Under the pieces are notes generated by a model that worked only from the letters and a program-made list of their open reading frames with translations, was not told the DNA's origin and ran no database searches. From Felis catus (Eukaryota), in the NCBI RefSeq assembly GCF_018350175.1, contig NC_058368.1:163434001-163498000 (forward strand): a DNA stretch of 64,000 nt. Direction: 5' to 3'. This document shows positions 1 to 13,800 of the stretch, in pieces (positions within the stretch are counted from its first letter, which is position 1; each line of letters opens with the position of its first letter). Position numbers and translations under genes: made by a program.

Positions 1-2272
1 TGACATCCATTTGTGAACTGTTCAAGGGTTACCGTTCTTTGAATTACAGGAATTTATAAACTACTTTATTTGGCAGATTTGGTGTGCATGTGTATGTTTG
101 TGACTTTCTCATTTAAGAAAAAATTTCAACTTCTTCTGTCCCTTGCCCTGTGCGACTACGAACTGTTAGTGGCACAAAGCTTCACTATCCCAAATGAAAG
201 GATCCCGACTGGCCAGCCAATCAGCTCAGTGACTGTCTCTTTTTGTGCAGCTATAGGTATGCTGAGGTCTGTTATGCTCCAGCTTTATCGGGATATACAG
301 TAGGCATTGTTGCCACTATACAGTGCCACTATTATTAAGTATCAGTAGTGGGTCAGAACACTACGTATCAAGTGTATAGCACTTGGTAAGAACTATGAGG
401 ACTTGGTAACTTTCCATGTTACTAACTCACAAGTGGGGGCAAAGTAGATAAATAATACACTAGTATGTTCCATGCCCAATCCAATAAACTGCAAGAATAC
501 ATGAAAAATTTAGAAAATACAAAAGGGAAAAGGAAATCTAAATACAATCAGTAGATTTTTAGCAATATCCATAAATATCCTAGTTATGATGCTGTATTAT
601 AGTTGTGCGAAATGCTACTTTTGAAGAGAGAAGTACATATGAATCCACAGTTCAATTCAAAATTTCTTTTCAAAAAAGAGGAAACAGATTTTAACTCCTT
701 ACAGTCAGGGAAAGCATAATTCTCACATTATTTAGACTGCTATGGTGCTGTCATAAAGCACTGGAATGTTCCTAGATAATGAAGAATATGCCTTAAAACA
801 GATCAAAAATGAAGAGACTATTCTATTGTACATGAATGTGAACCTTAGAGCATACTCTGAGTCTCAGACATGCTGACCTTATGCTATCCAATATCATAGA
901 CATGTTGGAAGAAAAAGAAAACAACACTGATGGTTGAATCCAATGCCATTGTTTTCTAGAAGAATAGTTATGATGTTTTTAGTATAGAAATTCATATTGA
1001 AAATAGAGTTTCAGATACACAATAACTCTTTGGTGTTTCATTAAAGAATTACATCATGTTTGCCCTTTACCGGTCTCTTAATAACACCTTGTACATTCTT
1101 ACATTGGTTCTAATAAAATTTCACATTTCAATTTAATGAAGATCCCATGAATATCTTATAAAATCTACTTTGTTAGTGATGTTACTTCTATTTCATAAAC
1201 TCAGGTATTTTTTTTTTCTAGGTACTGCTGTGTGGTTTTAACTACACCTAATAGCATATGTAAACAGTATTACTTAAGTTTTAGGTTGACAAAGTTGAAT
1301 CAATATTTTGTTTTTAATTGAATGCATCATTAATAAGAACTACTTCAGGGACTTAGTGTTATCTTTCATGGAAAATATCCCCAAAGACTCTAACAGTCAA
1401 GAAGCTCAAATAATCGTGTAATGAATTTTTTAATGGCAAGAGAATGTAATTTTGAAATTTTTATTCTTCTACTGGGACTCTACATAAGTTCCACAAAAAA
1501 TGTCAACCAATCAAATATCAACCTAATCAATAGGTCTGTGACAGATCTGAGCACTCTTTTGCCTTTCCAAACTGCAAATGTATCTCCATTAATAGTTAAT
1601 ATTATTCAGGTTCTTCTTTTGCTTATACAGTTGAACTACAACATATTAGTTTTTTTCACAGCTTTGTCTGATTCTATCAAAGAAATTCTGTTACAGCTTT
1701 GACTGTATCAAATAGTTTCTGTTACAGAAATATTTGTTGATCATCCACTGACTCGTCTGGAAAAATATGTATTATTGTGTATATTTTTATGTAGATACAC
1801 ATATGTATGGCTCAACTATGTGCTAATTCAATTCTTCGTTCTTTAACATATAAATTGGTCCCTTTGTGATTTGTAGATTTACCTTTCTGTTATATAAGCT
1901 TATATTACAAGATTTTATCTTTGTCATTTGTCTCAAATAATTACCCAAACAGGAATTGAAATAAATATAGTATCTATGCTAATTGCCAATTTAGGTAAAG
2001 ATACTACCAGCAATTTATATAGAAATATAAATGGAAAAAATGTATATAAACATACATGTTCATAATATTTTATAACCTGGGAGATAGAATTAAAAAGCAG
2101 AAACTGTCATGTTTGTTTTAGCTTTATATTATTATGTAGTTGGTCATTTTGTACTTAAAGAAAAGTTGTTTTATGGAAGAAGTTTTATGATTCCAGAATC
2201 AATTTATGTTTTATATTTTTTAAATACTTTGAACATTATATACTATATCCTTATATTATTTATTTGCATGTT

Positions 2273-2490
2273 GGGGCACATGGGTGGCTGAGTCGGTTAA
2301 GCGTCCGACTTCAGCTTAGGTTATGATCTCGCAGTTTGTGAGTTCGAGCCCCACGTCAGGCTCTGTGCTGACAGCTTAGAGCCAGGCGCCTGCTTTGGAT
2401 TCTGTGTCTCCCTCTCTCTCTCTCTGCCTCCCCTGCTCACACTGTGTCTCTCAAAAATGAATAAATGTTAAAAAAAATAATTTTAAAAAT
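2273..2490 (+). mobile_element. CAN-SINE (felid SINEC type)
   Basis: ggggcac.tgggtggct..gtcggttaagcgtccgact head, (CT)n, AATAAA, A tail; flanking tatttgcatg duplication. Confidence 0.93.
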
Positions 2491-3079
2491 ATATGTATTT
2501 GCATGCGGTTCTTATGGCAAATACTATAGCAAACATATTTTATATTCCTTCCTGCTATCATTTACACTTTCCTTATTACAGTGTGAGTTAAAATAAGTTA
2601 TGCTTCCTTTTGTAGTTTCAAAGAAAATAGCTATTGAATTAAAAATATTTTGAGGAGCTTTGAAAAAATAAGAGTTCTTGGTAGTATTTCTTAAATTCTC
2701 ATGTGAATATGAATCACCTGGGGTTCTTGTGAAAAGTATGGACTTCAGATTCAGTGGGTCTGAGACCTTGCATTTCCAGGCAGTCCACATGTCGTTGTTC
2801 CCCTGGCCCCTCTGAGCAGCATAGTTCTACAGTCAAACGGTACAGATGTAATTATATTTGTAATTACGTATGTAATTACTCCTATATATATTGGTGTATA
2901 TATATATGTAATCAAAGGTACAGAAATGTGAAGGACAAAGAATGAAATCAAAGTCTAAGCTCTTCGGTTGACTATGTATTTAGAATCTCAAGTGAATGGT
3001 CTGCATTTCTCAAGTTCATTGACCTTTCTCATTGGTTTATTTTCCATTCTAATGCTTTTGTTTGTTTCTTTGTTTTAAG

Positions 3080-3196
3080 TTCTTTTGACAGCATGTTTGT
3101 TTACCAGCAAAGAGGACTTGGGCCAATTGAAGAAGACACTATTCTTGTCATAGATCCAAATAATGCTGCAGTACTACAGTCCAGTGGAAAAAATCT
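3080..3196 (+). CDS. PAM: PAM coding exon (PAL domain, SFDSMFVYQQRGLGPIEEDTILVIDPNNAAVLQSSGKN)
   Basis: ttttaag acceptor and gtgagt donor; 117 nt, phase 2/2; translation matches mammalian PAM PAL domain as recalled. Upstream exons lie outside the window. Confidence 0.95.
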
Positions 3197-3212
3197 GTGA
3201 GTTAAATTACTT

Positions 3213-3428
3213 ATTTTTTTTAATGTTTTATTTTTGAGAGAGAGCGAGAGCGTGCACGTGTGCGAGTGCATGGGGGAGGGGTAGAGAGAGAGGGAGTCAG
3301 AGGATACCAAGTGGGCTCCTTGCTGAGAGAAGACAGCCTAATGCGGGACTCAATCCCACATGTGAGATCATGACCTGAGCAGAAATCAAGAATCAGACAC
3401 TTAACCAACTGAGCCACCCAGGCTCCCC
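3213..3428 (-). mobile_element. CAN-SINE
   Basis: Reverse-complement tRNA-derived head ending gagccacccaggctcccc, (AG)n and T-rich tail. Confidence 0.92.
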
Positions 3429-5219
3429 TACTTATGTTGTTATTAAGGCTCTTGCTGCATATATTTTATCAAAGTGTGTCACTGGCTCTGGTCCTGTAAA
3501 GGGTGTATTGTACAGCAGTGGCAAAAAAGCAGAGCTTAAGAAAGCAGGCGACTAATTGGACCATCCCATCTTTCATTTTCTAAATAGGTGGCTCTAAACT
3601 GAAATTAGAATCACCTGGGAAGCTACAGAAAAATTAGATTGGATTTAGTCTGGAATGAGGCCCAGGCATCAAAACAGTACTTTTAAAGCTCTCCAGGTAT
3701 TCTAATAGGTACTCAAACTTCATAGAACCATTGATACACATAGCTAATGAAGTGAGCTGCTAGTCAGCTTAGATTTGAGGATTAAAAAAATGTTTTCAGC
3801 GTAAAAGTTACATAACCAAACTCATCAAGTAATCAACATTAAGGAAAAAGGCTTCTTTCTTCCCATCTCAAAGGGAAGACTAAACAAATGGCATTTTTAG
3901 CTTTTCTTAGCATGCATAGGTAATTTGGCCTTGAAAGCCGCTTATTATTTGCTCTTATTCCTAGATGACATTTGGCAACCAAAAAAAAAGTTGGCTGATA
4001 TTCGTGGTCATTGAAAGGAAGGGCACCTGCTTACAGAGTGTCCTCAACCATTTTAACCTGGCAGCTTGAGGAACTATACCCTGCTCCGTCTGCTTAGGCA
4101 CAGGAAAAGCCAGGGAGCCATCCATCCACCTGAGTGCAGCTGCTTATGGAGATGGTGATACTTTTTTATAGGATTCTAAGATGGTGGAGTCAGGGGCCAA
4201 ATCCTAATACCAGCTTTATCACTTCGTGTATTTGAACCTGTCTCTTCTATGCTTTACTAATGAATCAGAAACATTCTTTTTCCAGAAGGGAATCAGAGAA
4301 AGGCAGAGCAACTGTTGCCAAATGAACCTGGCCAGCCATGGGGAGTCTATTGAAAGCAAATCATAACTCTCACATTCAGTCACCAAAACACAGATTTAGT
4401 TCAGTCAATTAGTCAAGGTCAGGGTGTTCCAATCTTGGCACATGAAAAAAGAATCCGTGGTGTCAACACCTTGGTTAAGGCTAGAAGCTGACAAACAGCC
4501 TGTGGATTGTTGGATGTCATGTGACCAAACCACATTAAGATATTGTCCAGGTGTTTGTTAATTCTAAGTTCCTTAAGCCTGTGAGCCTCTGTCTACATTA
4601 CAGTTCTCCCACCCACATCATTCCAACTGATTTTGTTAAATAGATTAACCTTCTCTAATGATTATCCAGAACACCACTTCACTTTGCTTAGATGAACACA
4701 GCCCCTGTCTGCTGGAAGATGTTCTGTTGGGTTTTATTGTGTTTAGGAGACGCTCTTAAAGCTTTTGAGTCATATAATTAATATTTTATATTAATACGGC
4801 ATTCATTACATTACCTTGAAGTATACTGAAGCTATTCAAACTATATAAATCCGTTTACATTTTTCTACATAATTTGCTTTATGCACATTTCTAAAATGGT
4901 AATATTACCTTTGAACTCATTTTTAAATTGATGTGATTTGTGTTGTTTAATATACCATACTTTGTAATAAATATTTGTAATTGGTTGTAGGCTTCACTTA
5001 TGGATTTTTGAAAGATTAAATGCCATTTAAGATTTGTCACAAGGAGGTTTCTATGATAACAGGCATTTTCATTTAACTTATGTTGGTCTTTAGGAATGCA
5101 GGTACCCATTTATCAATTTATCAATTTATATTACCTTTACAGATTAATTAGCAAGAAATTCCTCTCATGTGGGCTTTGGGAGTAATTGTACAATTAAGAC
5201 AACTATTTTTATTTTGCAG

Positions 5220-5292
5220 GTTTTATTTGCCCCATGGCTTGAGCATAGATAAAGACGGAAATTATTGGGTCACAGACGTTGCTCTGCATCAG
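5220..5292 (+). CDS. PAM: PAM coding exon (FYLPHGLSIDKDGNYWVTDVALHQ)
   Basis: ttttgcag / gtaatc; 73 nt; contains the PHG zinc-ligand His of an NHL repeat. Confidence 0.97.
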
Positions 5293-6241
5293 GTAATCTT
5301 CCATTTGGCAGTTATTCAAATAGAAGTTCATGGAGTTATGCTTTTGATATGCTCTAGAGCTGTGTGGGTATTTTTCTGTCACCCAGGAAGTTGATAACAA
5401 GAAAATACAACTGCCAAAACTGAAATTTTTCTTTTTGAACTCAGTGCCAGGAAGAGCTAATATGTACGTAACTGAGTCACCCTTCTCTGCAGGGCTGGTG
5501 GGACACCTAAAGGCCTGATATGAGGCTTCACCCTGACCACTGTATAGGCCATCCCACCCTCCTTCTTGGCTTTTCCACATTTGCTTTTCTTTCCTGCATC
5601 CCCAAGTCTTAGTTCTGTTTTGTCACTTGTTGTTTTAAACTACCTTAATCTATAATGCCTTCAAGGTCTTTAGTACATCCACGTTTATGTATAAAACATT
5701 TTTGTTGTTTTTAAAGGAAATTATATTTCTATCACAGAATAGCCTAAAGTCTTCCTCTCAGAAGATAAGCTCTACTATCCATTTTATGAATAAGTGGCAA
5801 AGAGGTATGAAAACTAGAAAAAAAAAACACACCTAGAACTCAGAAGACATAACTGTAAGAGTCTTCAAACATCATCTCAGTAAACATTTATTGCTCATGT
5901 ATTATCGGGAGAGCATTGTACTATTATTACATTAGCCAAGGAGAGACCCAAAAGGAAGTGTGAGGTGGGTGGAACAAGAAGACATCCAAGTACTAGTCTC
6001 CCCTCACCACTAATTACCTGGATGACCTTGAGCAGATTACTTAATGTCTAAGGGCCTCCCTTATCAAATGAAGGAATCAGACCAAATGATCTTTAGAGTC
6101 CCATCCCGTTCTACAAAGTATCTTCCTCTAAATAAATCTCTGGGAGCTTACACTATAATTGCCTGTGAAAGTCTTCTAAGGCAGGAGTGTGCCACTAGTA
6201 ACCATGCGAAGTGGGTAAGGCTTCTGTTCCTTGTTAAAAAG

Positions 6242-6452
6242 GTGTTCAAACTGGATCCAAACAGTAAAGGTGGCCCTCTGTTAATCCTGGGAAGGAGCAT
6301 GCAACCAGGCAGTGACCAGAATCACTTTTGTCAACCCACTGATGTGGCTGTGGATCCAGACACTGGAACCATCTATGTCTCAGACGGTTACTGCAACAGT
6401 CGGATTGTGCAATTTTCACCAACTGGAACGTTCATCACACAGTGGGGAGAAG
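6242..6452 (+). CDS. PAM: PAM coding exon (VFKLDP...SDGYCNSRIVQF...QWGE)
   Basis: aaag / gtactc; 211 nt; includes catalytic Tyr of GYCNSR. Confidence 0.96.
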
Positions 6453-6601
6453 GTACTCAATAAGACTTGATCTCTAATTGTTATTCTTAGCCAGTAACAC
6501 TAGGAACTAGAGATTGGCCACCCCTCACACTCTCTAGGATTTAATTGTCCCCTCCAGTGGGAAAAGCATGGCCTTTGTATGCACCCAGTTGCCAGCTTTC
6601 T

Positions 6602-6648
6602 CACACACACGCACACACACGCACACACACACGCACACGCACACGCAC
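6602..6648. repeat. Interrupted (CA)n microsatellite
   Basis: Direct reading. Confidence 0.9.
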
Positions 6649-6887
6649 AGTCTTGTGAGAGGGAAAAAGAATGCCTCAACCTGAAAACTTTTGTCCAAAA
6701 AGGGAGAAAATCTGTAATGTGTTTGTGGGTAAGAGATATTATAGAACAAACTTAGTACCTCATTTTTCCCCTGGTTCCAAATATTTAATGGTTTACTATC
6801 ATGAATTTGGAAAACTAGAAAACTTTAACATTAGAGGTTTGGGTGATTTTACAAATTGTATAGCTGAGATTTTTCTTTCTTCTATAG

Positions 6888-7088
6888 AATCTTCTGGGAG
6901 CAACCCTAAACCAGGCCAGTTCAGGGTTCCTCACAGCTTGGCTCTTGTGCCTCATTTGGGCCAATTATGTGTGGCAGACAGGGAAAATGGTCGAATCCAG
7001 TGTTTTAAAACTGACACCAAAGAATTTGTGCGAGAGATTAAGCATGCGTCATTTGGAAGAAACGTATTTGCAATTTCATATATACCAG
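6888..7088 (+). CDS. PAM: PAM coding exon (SSGSNPKPGQFRVPHSL...ADRENGRIQCF...SYIP)
   Basis: tctatag / gtattt; 201 nt; PHS His ligand and DRENGR Arg. Confidence 0.96.
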
Positions 7089-7543
7089 GTATTTCATCTT
7101 TATTTGTTATATTTTGTCACGCTGTCCTCTATCCTTACAAGTTACTTCTCTTATCTTAATATACTCTTATTATAATTTTTTTCTTATTAAGGGATTGAAG
7201 ATGCTTTATCAGATCTTACACTCTTTTAGTGTAAAGATGCCTTGTAAATCATTTTCAACTCAGGTGACCCTGTTCTTTATTCAGCAATAAGAAAGAACTC
7301 AAACATAACTGTGTGTAATGCATTCAAAAATTGTTTCCAAACATTGATTTTCATTTTTCCTTAATGATGATCATTTGCTCTAGTTATTAAATGATTCATA
7401 TTATGTCTTCACACATCATCAACAGATGATGTGTGTCTGAAAAATCAGTATCCAAAATGCTTCTGCTCCACATTTTTTTTAAAAAGCAATGGCCAAGTTT
7501 TTTCCCAAAGATAAATATGTAAATTAAGTGAGGCTTGTATTTA

Positions 7544-7776
7544 TTTATTTATTTTTTTTAATTTTTTTTTCAACGTTTATTTATTTTTTGGGGGACAGAG
7601 AGAGACAGAGCATGAACGGGGGAGGGGCAGAGAGAGAGGGAGACACAGAATCAGAAGCAGGCTCCAGGCTCTGAGCCATCAGCCCAGAGCCTGACGCGGG
7701 GCTCGAACTCACGGACCGCGAGATCGTGACCTGGCTGAAGTCGGACGCTTAACCGACTGCGCCACCCAGGCGCCCC
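7544..7776 (-). mobile_element. Young felid SINE (SINEC_Fc-like)
   Basis: CpGs intact; TSD aggcttgtattta at 7531-7543 and 7778-7790. Confidence 0.96.
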
Positions 7777-8737
7777 AAGGCTTGTATTTAAATGTCAGGA
7801 GGAGTGACCAATAAAATCCAGAATTTTGTTTCCTATTTTCAGAATAGATTTTCTTGATGTGAAGAAAATCAGAAAAATAATATAAACTTATGACATAAGA
7901 TCCAGTTAATTCATATTACAAAATAACTTGCATAAGATTTCTTTAAATCATTAATACTGAACAACTGAAAATATATTTCTAAACTATATGTTTTTTATAA
8001 TATATTTCATAAATATAGGTGTACCTATATTAAAGTAGTATTGACTATTTGTAGCCACCACTGTTATATTTACATTTCTTGTTTTATTAAAGTTGCATAT
8101 GCCTGCTGTCTTCCCAAGCTGCCCCCAATTTATTTAGGACATGGAATAAACGGATTCAAGTATGCAGATAAGGAGCAAATTTGGCTTCCACAAGGAATAA
8201 GTAATGAAGTGATAAAAGACTCATAAATTAATGTCAGTGAAAAAGAAATTCTCATGTTGGTTTTTATTTTATATCTAAGGAATAAATTTGGCAAGTCCAT
8301 TCACTTAAAAAGAGGGTGATCAAGTTCATAGTGAATAAAAATAAATCAAATATGAAGAGAAAAACATTAAGGAGAAGATGAGAGAAAATCTGGTTAAAAA
8401 CAATCTAAGCAAAGACAAAGTGTATTATAATTGGAATTCTCTCTACAATATTGCACAACAGTAATTGATTCTCATAGTATTGATTTTTTTCTTAGTACGA
8501 TACACTGAAGAACCTTTTCCTGAAATCCTTAAAAAAAAGATGAAAGGATCTTCAACAGTCATTTAGTTTGATGTGTATTTTATTGTGTTTTACTTCTTTA
8601 AAACATAATATTCAATCATCTGAAGTGTTTAAGCCAAACATCACAGTTTCCATTATTTTTTATAAGTACTACTATATTAAGAAATATAATTTTGCTACAA
8701 AAAGTATTCACGAAATTAATATTAAAAGGGTGGTTTA

Positions 8738-8966
8738 GGGCACTTGGGAGGCTCATTTGGTTAAGTGTCTGACTCTTGATTTCAGCTCAGGTCATGATCT
8801 CATGGTTTGTGAGAGATTCAGCCACGCAATAGGTTCTATGTTGAAAGCGTGAAGCCTGCTTGATTGAGATTCTCTCACTCTCCCTCTCTCTTTGCTCCTC
8901 CCCTGTTCACACTCTCTTTCCCTCTCTCCCTCTCTCAAAATAAACATTTAAAAATAAATAAATAAT
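8738..8966 (+). mobile_element. CAN-SINE (older)
   Basis: Diverged head, CT-rich linker, A-rich tail; aaaaggtggttta-like TSD. Confidence 0.9.
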
Positions 8967-9535
8967 GAAAAGGTGGTTTAATTTTTTTTAATTAGGAAAA
9001 AGTAGGTCTTTGATAATCTGAAGTATGCATGTCACATTTTCAAACTTCATTTGTTTAAAATCATATTATTCTGTTTCTGCTATAACATCACATATTGCCT
9101 TTGTGTATTTTTCTCTGATTCTTCTGGTAAGGATAGCAGATATTACTTATTTTTTAAAAGATCTAACATCCCACAATAATTTATGTAAAGGTTATCACTA
9201 GGATGTCTGTGATATGTCTCTCCATCTAGATCTATTCCTAAGCCTATGTATATATATCTATATCACTATGTGTGTATTCCTGATTTTTACTGGCTTCCTA
9301 AATTCCTATAATTCCTGGTTTTCCTACTGCAAGGAGATTAGTCCCTTAACCTGTTTGCCCCTGTTGTTATTACTTAAGAAGATAAATTTGCTTAGTGTAT
9401 TATTTTCTACTTTTGTTTTCAATTATAAGGACCAGGCTGACCCTGTATTAATAGTCTGTGTAATGTACATGTATATATTTGAAGGCCAGTTTTCTCCATA
9501 TTTTAAAGAGTGTTTAACTGGATGTGTTGTCACAG

Positions 9536-9651
9536 GTTTGCTCTTTGCGGTGAATGGGAAGCCTTACTTTGGGGACCAAGAACCTGTACAGGGATTTGTG
9601 TTGAACTTTTCCAGTGGGGAAATTATGGATGTCTTCAAGCCAGTGCGCAAG
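9536..9651 (+). CDS. PAM: PAM coding exon (LLFAVNGKPYFGDQEPVQGFVLNFSSGEIMDVFKPVRK)
   Basis: tcacag / gtattc; 116 nt; NFS N-glycosylation sequon. Confidence 0.96.
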
Positions 9652-10362
9652 GTATTCACATATATTGCCTAGGTATCCCTTTTCATGGGAATAAACTAAA
9701 ATAGGAATCTTGGCGTTCGATTTGTACTTGAATAATTTTTAAAATCTTGAAGGAGATGTGATAACCAACCGTCTTAGCTAGGTTGATAGGGGTTTCCTGT
9801 TACTATGTTTTATTTAGAATAAATATCCTTGTCTGTTCTTAGATCAATTTCTTCAGATACAAAGCAACACTGTATGCTTCCTAAGGTTCTTAGTAGACTT
9901 CACACAGGATAGCAGGTTGAAATTCACTGTAGTTAGAATACCAAAAAATAATAATAATAATGTCTTTTCCTCGTTTCATCCAAGTAGAGAAGATACCACA
10001 GTATATCAAATTGTACTTTTGTAGTTCTCTTAGATCCAACAGAAATCTCGTTTGCTTTTTGTATGCTGTTACTACATTGAGCAACAAGACTTCAAAATAG
10101 CACTTCCTGGAATTTATTTAAGTCCTAAAGGCTTGGTTTAGATAAGAGACTAAAGGCTAGTTTTGACTTCACAAATGGCTTACCACTGTTTATTCTAATA
10201 GTGCTTGTTTACAAACACACTGTCTGGTTCATCATGCCCATAGCTCTTTTGTCTCTTCAGTGTACTTTCTCTTCAGTATGACTGCCTGAATGATCAGATT
10301 GTTCATATAAACTTCCTAGATGTACTTGTGGCAGCACATCAGTTTTAGAAAATTCAGCCTGC

Positions 10363-10847
10363 TCACTATCGACAGTAGCCAAATTAAAGAAAGAGCCTAA
10401 ATGCCCATCGACTGACAAATGGATAAAGAAGATGTAGTATATATATATAATGGAATATTACTTGTCAATCAAAAAGAATGAAATCTTGCCATTTGCAACA
10501 ACATGGATGGAACTAGAGTGTATTATGCTAAGAGAAATTAGAGAAAGATAAATATTATATGATTTTACTCATATGTGGAATTTAAGAAACAAAACAGATG
10601 AATATAGGGGAAGGGAAGGAAAAATAAGATGAAAACAGAGAGGGAGACAAACCATAAGAGACTCTTAAATACAGAGAACAAACTAAGAGTTGCTGGAGGG
10701 GTGTGGGGCAGGGGGATGGGCTAAATGGGTGATGGGCATTAGACGGGGCACTTGTTGGGATGAGCAGTGGGTGTTAGATGTAAGTGATGGAACATTATTA
10801 CACCATATGTTAACTAACCTGGATTTAAATTTTAAGTAAAAGAAAAA
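10363..10847 (+). mobile_element. 5'-truncated L1 (carnivore), ORF2 end plus 3' UTR
   Basis: aaatgcccatcgactgacaaatggataaagaagatg...aaatcttgccatttgcaacaacatggatggaactagag; TSD aaaattcagcctgc at 10349-10362 and 10848-10861. Confidence 0.93.
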
Positions 10848-13800
10848 AAAATTCAGCCTGCCAAAATGCTGCTAATAAGAGTTATTTTTCAAAACATGTA
10901 AATGTTTACTGGCTTTACTTGGATCAAAATGCAGTTGCCATAAAGCACTGGACAAACTATCTCCATACTCATAATTCTTACAGTATTCTTTAAAATACCA
11001 AATTTGCTAGATTAAAAAAAAACCAAACTTTAAAGTGTCTCAATATTTGAGAAATATGTCTGTGAGAGTACTGACAGCTAGTCTGGGATTTATTTATCCT
11101 AGAGATATTTATTAACTCCCTACTCTGTCATACACCATGTTAGATAACTAAGGATATGGTGGTGAACAGAACAGGACATAGCCTACATAGTCTCTCCCTC
11201 AAATGGAGTTTTAGCTAAAGTTACAGGATCTGAGTTGAACCAAACTGAATCTGAACTAAAGACTGTAGTACAAATTCCTTACTTTTCCTAAGTTTCTATT
11301 GATATGCAACAAGAAGGACTTTTCACCGTATTTTACCTGAAAAGCTATACGGAATCAAATATCCAATCATAGTACCCTTCAGAAAGAAATTCATTACATT
11401 GATAATACCTATTTTACTTCAGTAGTGTTGTAGATCCTTACTGATTATCTGATATTCATTGTTTTGCCCCTTTGAGTTAACTTCCTCATATCTATTGATA
11501 AAGTAAGAGACTTAACTTTCTTTCACGTCTTCACTTTGTATTAGTACAGTGTTTGCCTTGATTGTTCTTTTAATGCTAATATAATATACTGTGTCAACCA
11601 GGACATTAACTTTTAATTCATATATACATCTAGAAAGCAAAACTATGGGCTAAGCAAGAAGCTAAATTCTACATGAGCCTTATTCTCATAAAAATATGAA
11701 CAGCCATGAATGAAAATCTTAGAAAGCATTATGCCTAAACATTAGCGTTCATCAGACATTCAACAATGAATAAGTCACAAGATGTAAGTCGTAAGTCAGG
11801 ATAGCAAACTTAAAAAGAGAGTCTAACCCCAAGGTGAAATTTGCTTTTCCTTTCAATAAACAGGACTTACAACAAAATGTAGAAATTTGTTCTGTGTTGA
11901 CTCTGTAAACTAACATCAGTTGGTGAATCTCTCAGAATTCCCATTTAATCACATTATCATCACAAAGATTAAATTTGGGTGAAGGAAACCATATGGTACT
12001 CTGATTCCTAAGTATGAAGAGATTCTTCTTTCAAATCAAAAGTCAGGTTTTGCATAATGTGTACATGTTTGTGCCTGTCCACCACATATTTCCCCATGTA
12101 CTTCAGTTCTCTCTTCTGTTACATTTTTTAGAAAAGTTTATGCCCGAATGTATGAGCTTCATTTTATGTCTATGCAGGGAGGCTCAGACCGTAGGACAAT
12201 AAAGATCAGGGCCAAAGATACACAGTTACCTTTCACTTTCTTACCCCCATTATCACAAGAAAGCCTACGGTCCCTAACATCTGGTTGCACACACACTCTT
12301 CAGGCTGGAATGGAATGGATCCCTGCCACTCCAAGCCAAAAGAAAAGAAAAGGGAAAAAAAAACAAAAACAGAAAACAAAAACCAGCCTATATTTATGTT
12401 GTTTCTCTAACCTTAACAATGGAGATTAAAATTACAGTATTTGATAGGATTTGAACTCAAAATTTCACACAAGTGAAATTACTTATCCAAAGCTACAGAG
12501 TAAGTAGCACACCTGGATCATAAACACAAGTCTTTAGACCCTGAAATGTGTTTTAACCTTTTAATTCCCGGAGGTACACATCCATATACCAATGGATTAT
12601 ATTAAACTACAACATAACTCGGTGCAACTTCTTAGAGAGCCATTTTACTTCATATTAAGTAAGTTTAAACATTATTTCATGTTAAAGAAAACATAACTAT
12701 ACAGAGAACACAAATCCCTTATGCAGTTTTAAGACAGAATATAAGATTTTGAGAGCAGGTTGATTGTCCTGGGCTCTGTCATCAGATGCCCCAGGAGGAT
12801 GCTGTCATTCTTTCTTGTCAGTGTTACTTTGCTAGGGAGGGGTACCTCAAGAGAAGAGAGGAGAAACCTCAGAAAAGTTTACAAAGCCTAGACTGGAAGG
12901 TCTTTAAATCCATTCAACTCTGAAATCCTAAAGCTTACAACATGATTTTCTGTTTCAGATAACACAAAACAGAATAGTTCATTAAAGAAATTACAGTTGA
13001 GTGCTTCTGACTGCAGTAGGAATAGAGGTCCTGAAGTCCTATCCACTATTTCTACCCTCTCAGCCCCTCCAATGGCCGCAGAGTATCTCCAACAGAACCC
13101 CTGGCTCCCTGGATCAGCTTGAGAACCAGAGATAGAAGTTTGTTGTTATTGTAGCATGGAATTGATGACATATTGTGATTTATTTAAAGCAAAGTCCTTA
13201 GCTAATGACGAGTTCACACATTTCCCCCTCACCTATTTATATTATTTTTCCTATCAGAAAATATGCAGCACTTTACAACCATATGCTCTGCAAAGCAGTT
13301 TCTAAGAACATATTTTGGTACAGAAGAGGAACTGCCTAGAATTTACAAGTCTGTTGCCACGTATTAGCTGAACCCAAAATAAAGATGAACATTTAATGAC
13401 TGGCTTGTGAGATTTCAACAAGGCAACATTTTGATTTCTGGCTTTCTGTTCTTCTCATGTGCATTTGTCACAGCTCATTTGATAGTATGAAGGAATGAGC
13501 CTCCTTGGCATGGCTGTCTCATGTTTCTTTTCAGTGTGACAAATTGTTGATGATTCGCAAAGTACAATAGTATCTCCACAGTATGTATTCTGCCTGCCTA
13601 AAGTGAGCTAGGAACACTAGTTTGCCTCATTGGTGCCCTTTGTACTCAGCAAACTGAAGTGGGCAGATCCTGTCTGATAAGACCACAGTCAGGATAATGC
13701 TCCTGTTCACACGCACTGGTCATATTTCTGAGAACTGTATACTCAGGCCTACTGACCTCAAAGGTGAAAAAAATCATCCATATCCTACCAGCTGGTGGAC

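Noticed and set aside
2754..2945. Cys/Tyr-rich ORF (CNYICNYVCNYSY)
   Set aside because: Arises from a low-complexity tgtaatta/TA repeat next to a MER5-like element; no splice or homology support.
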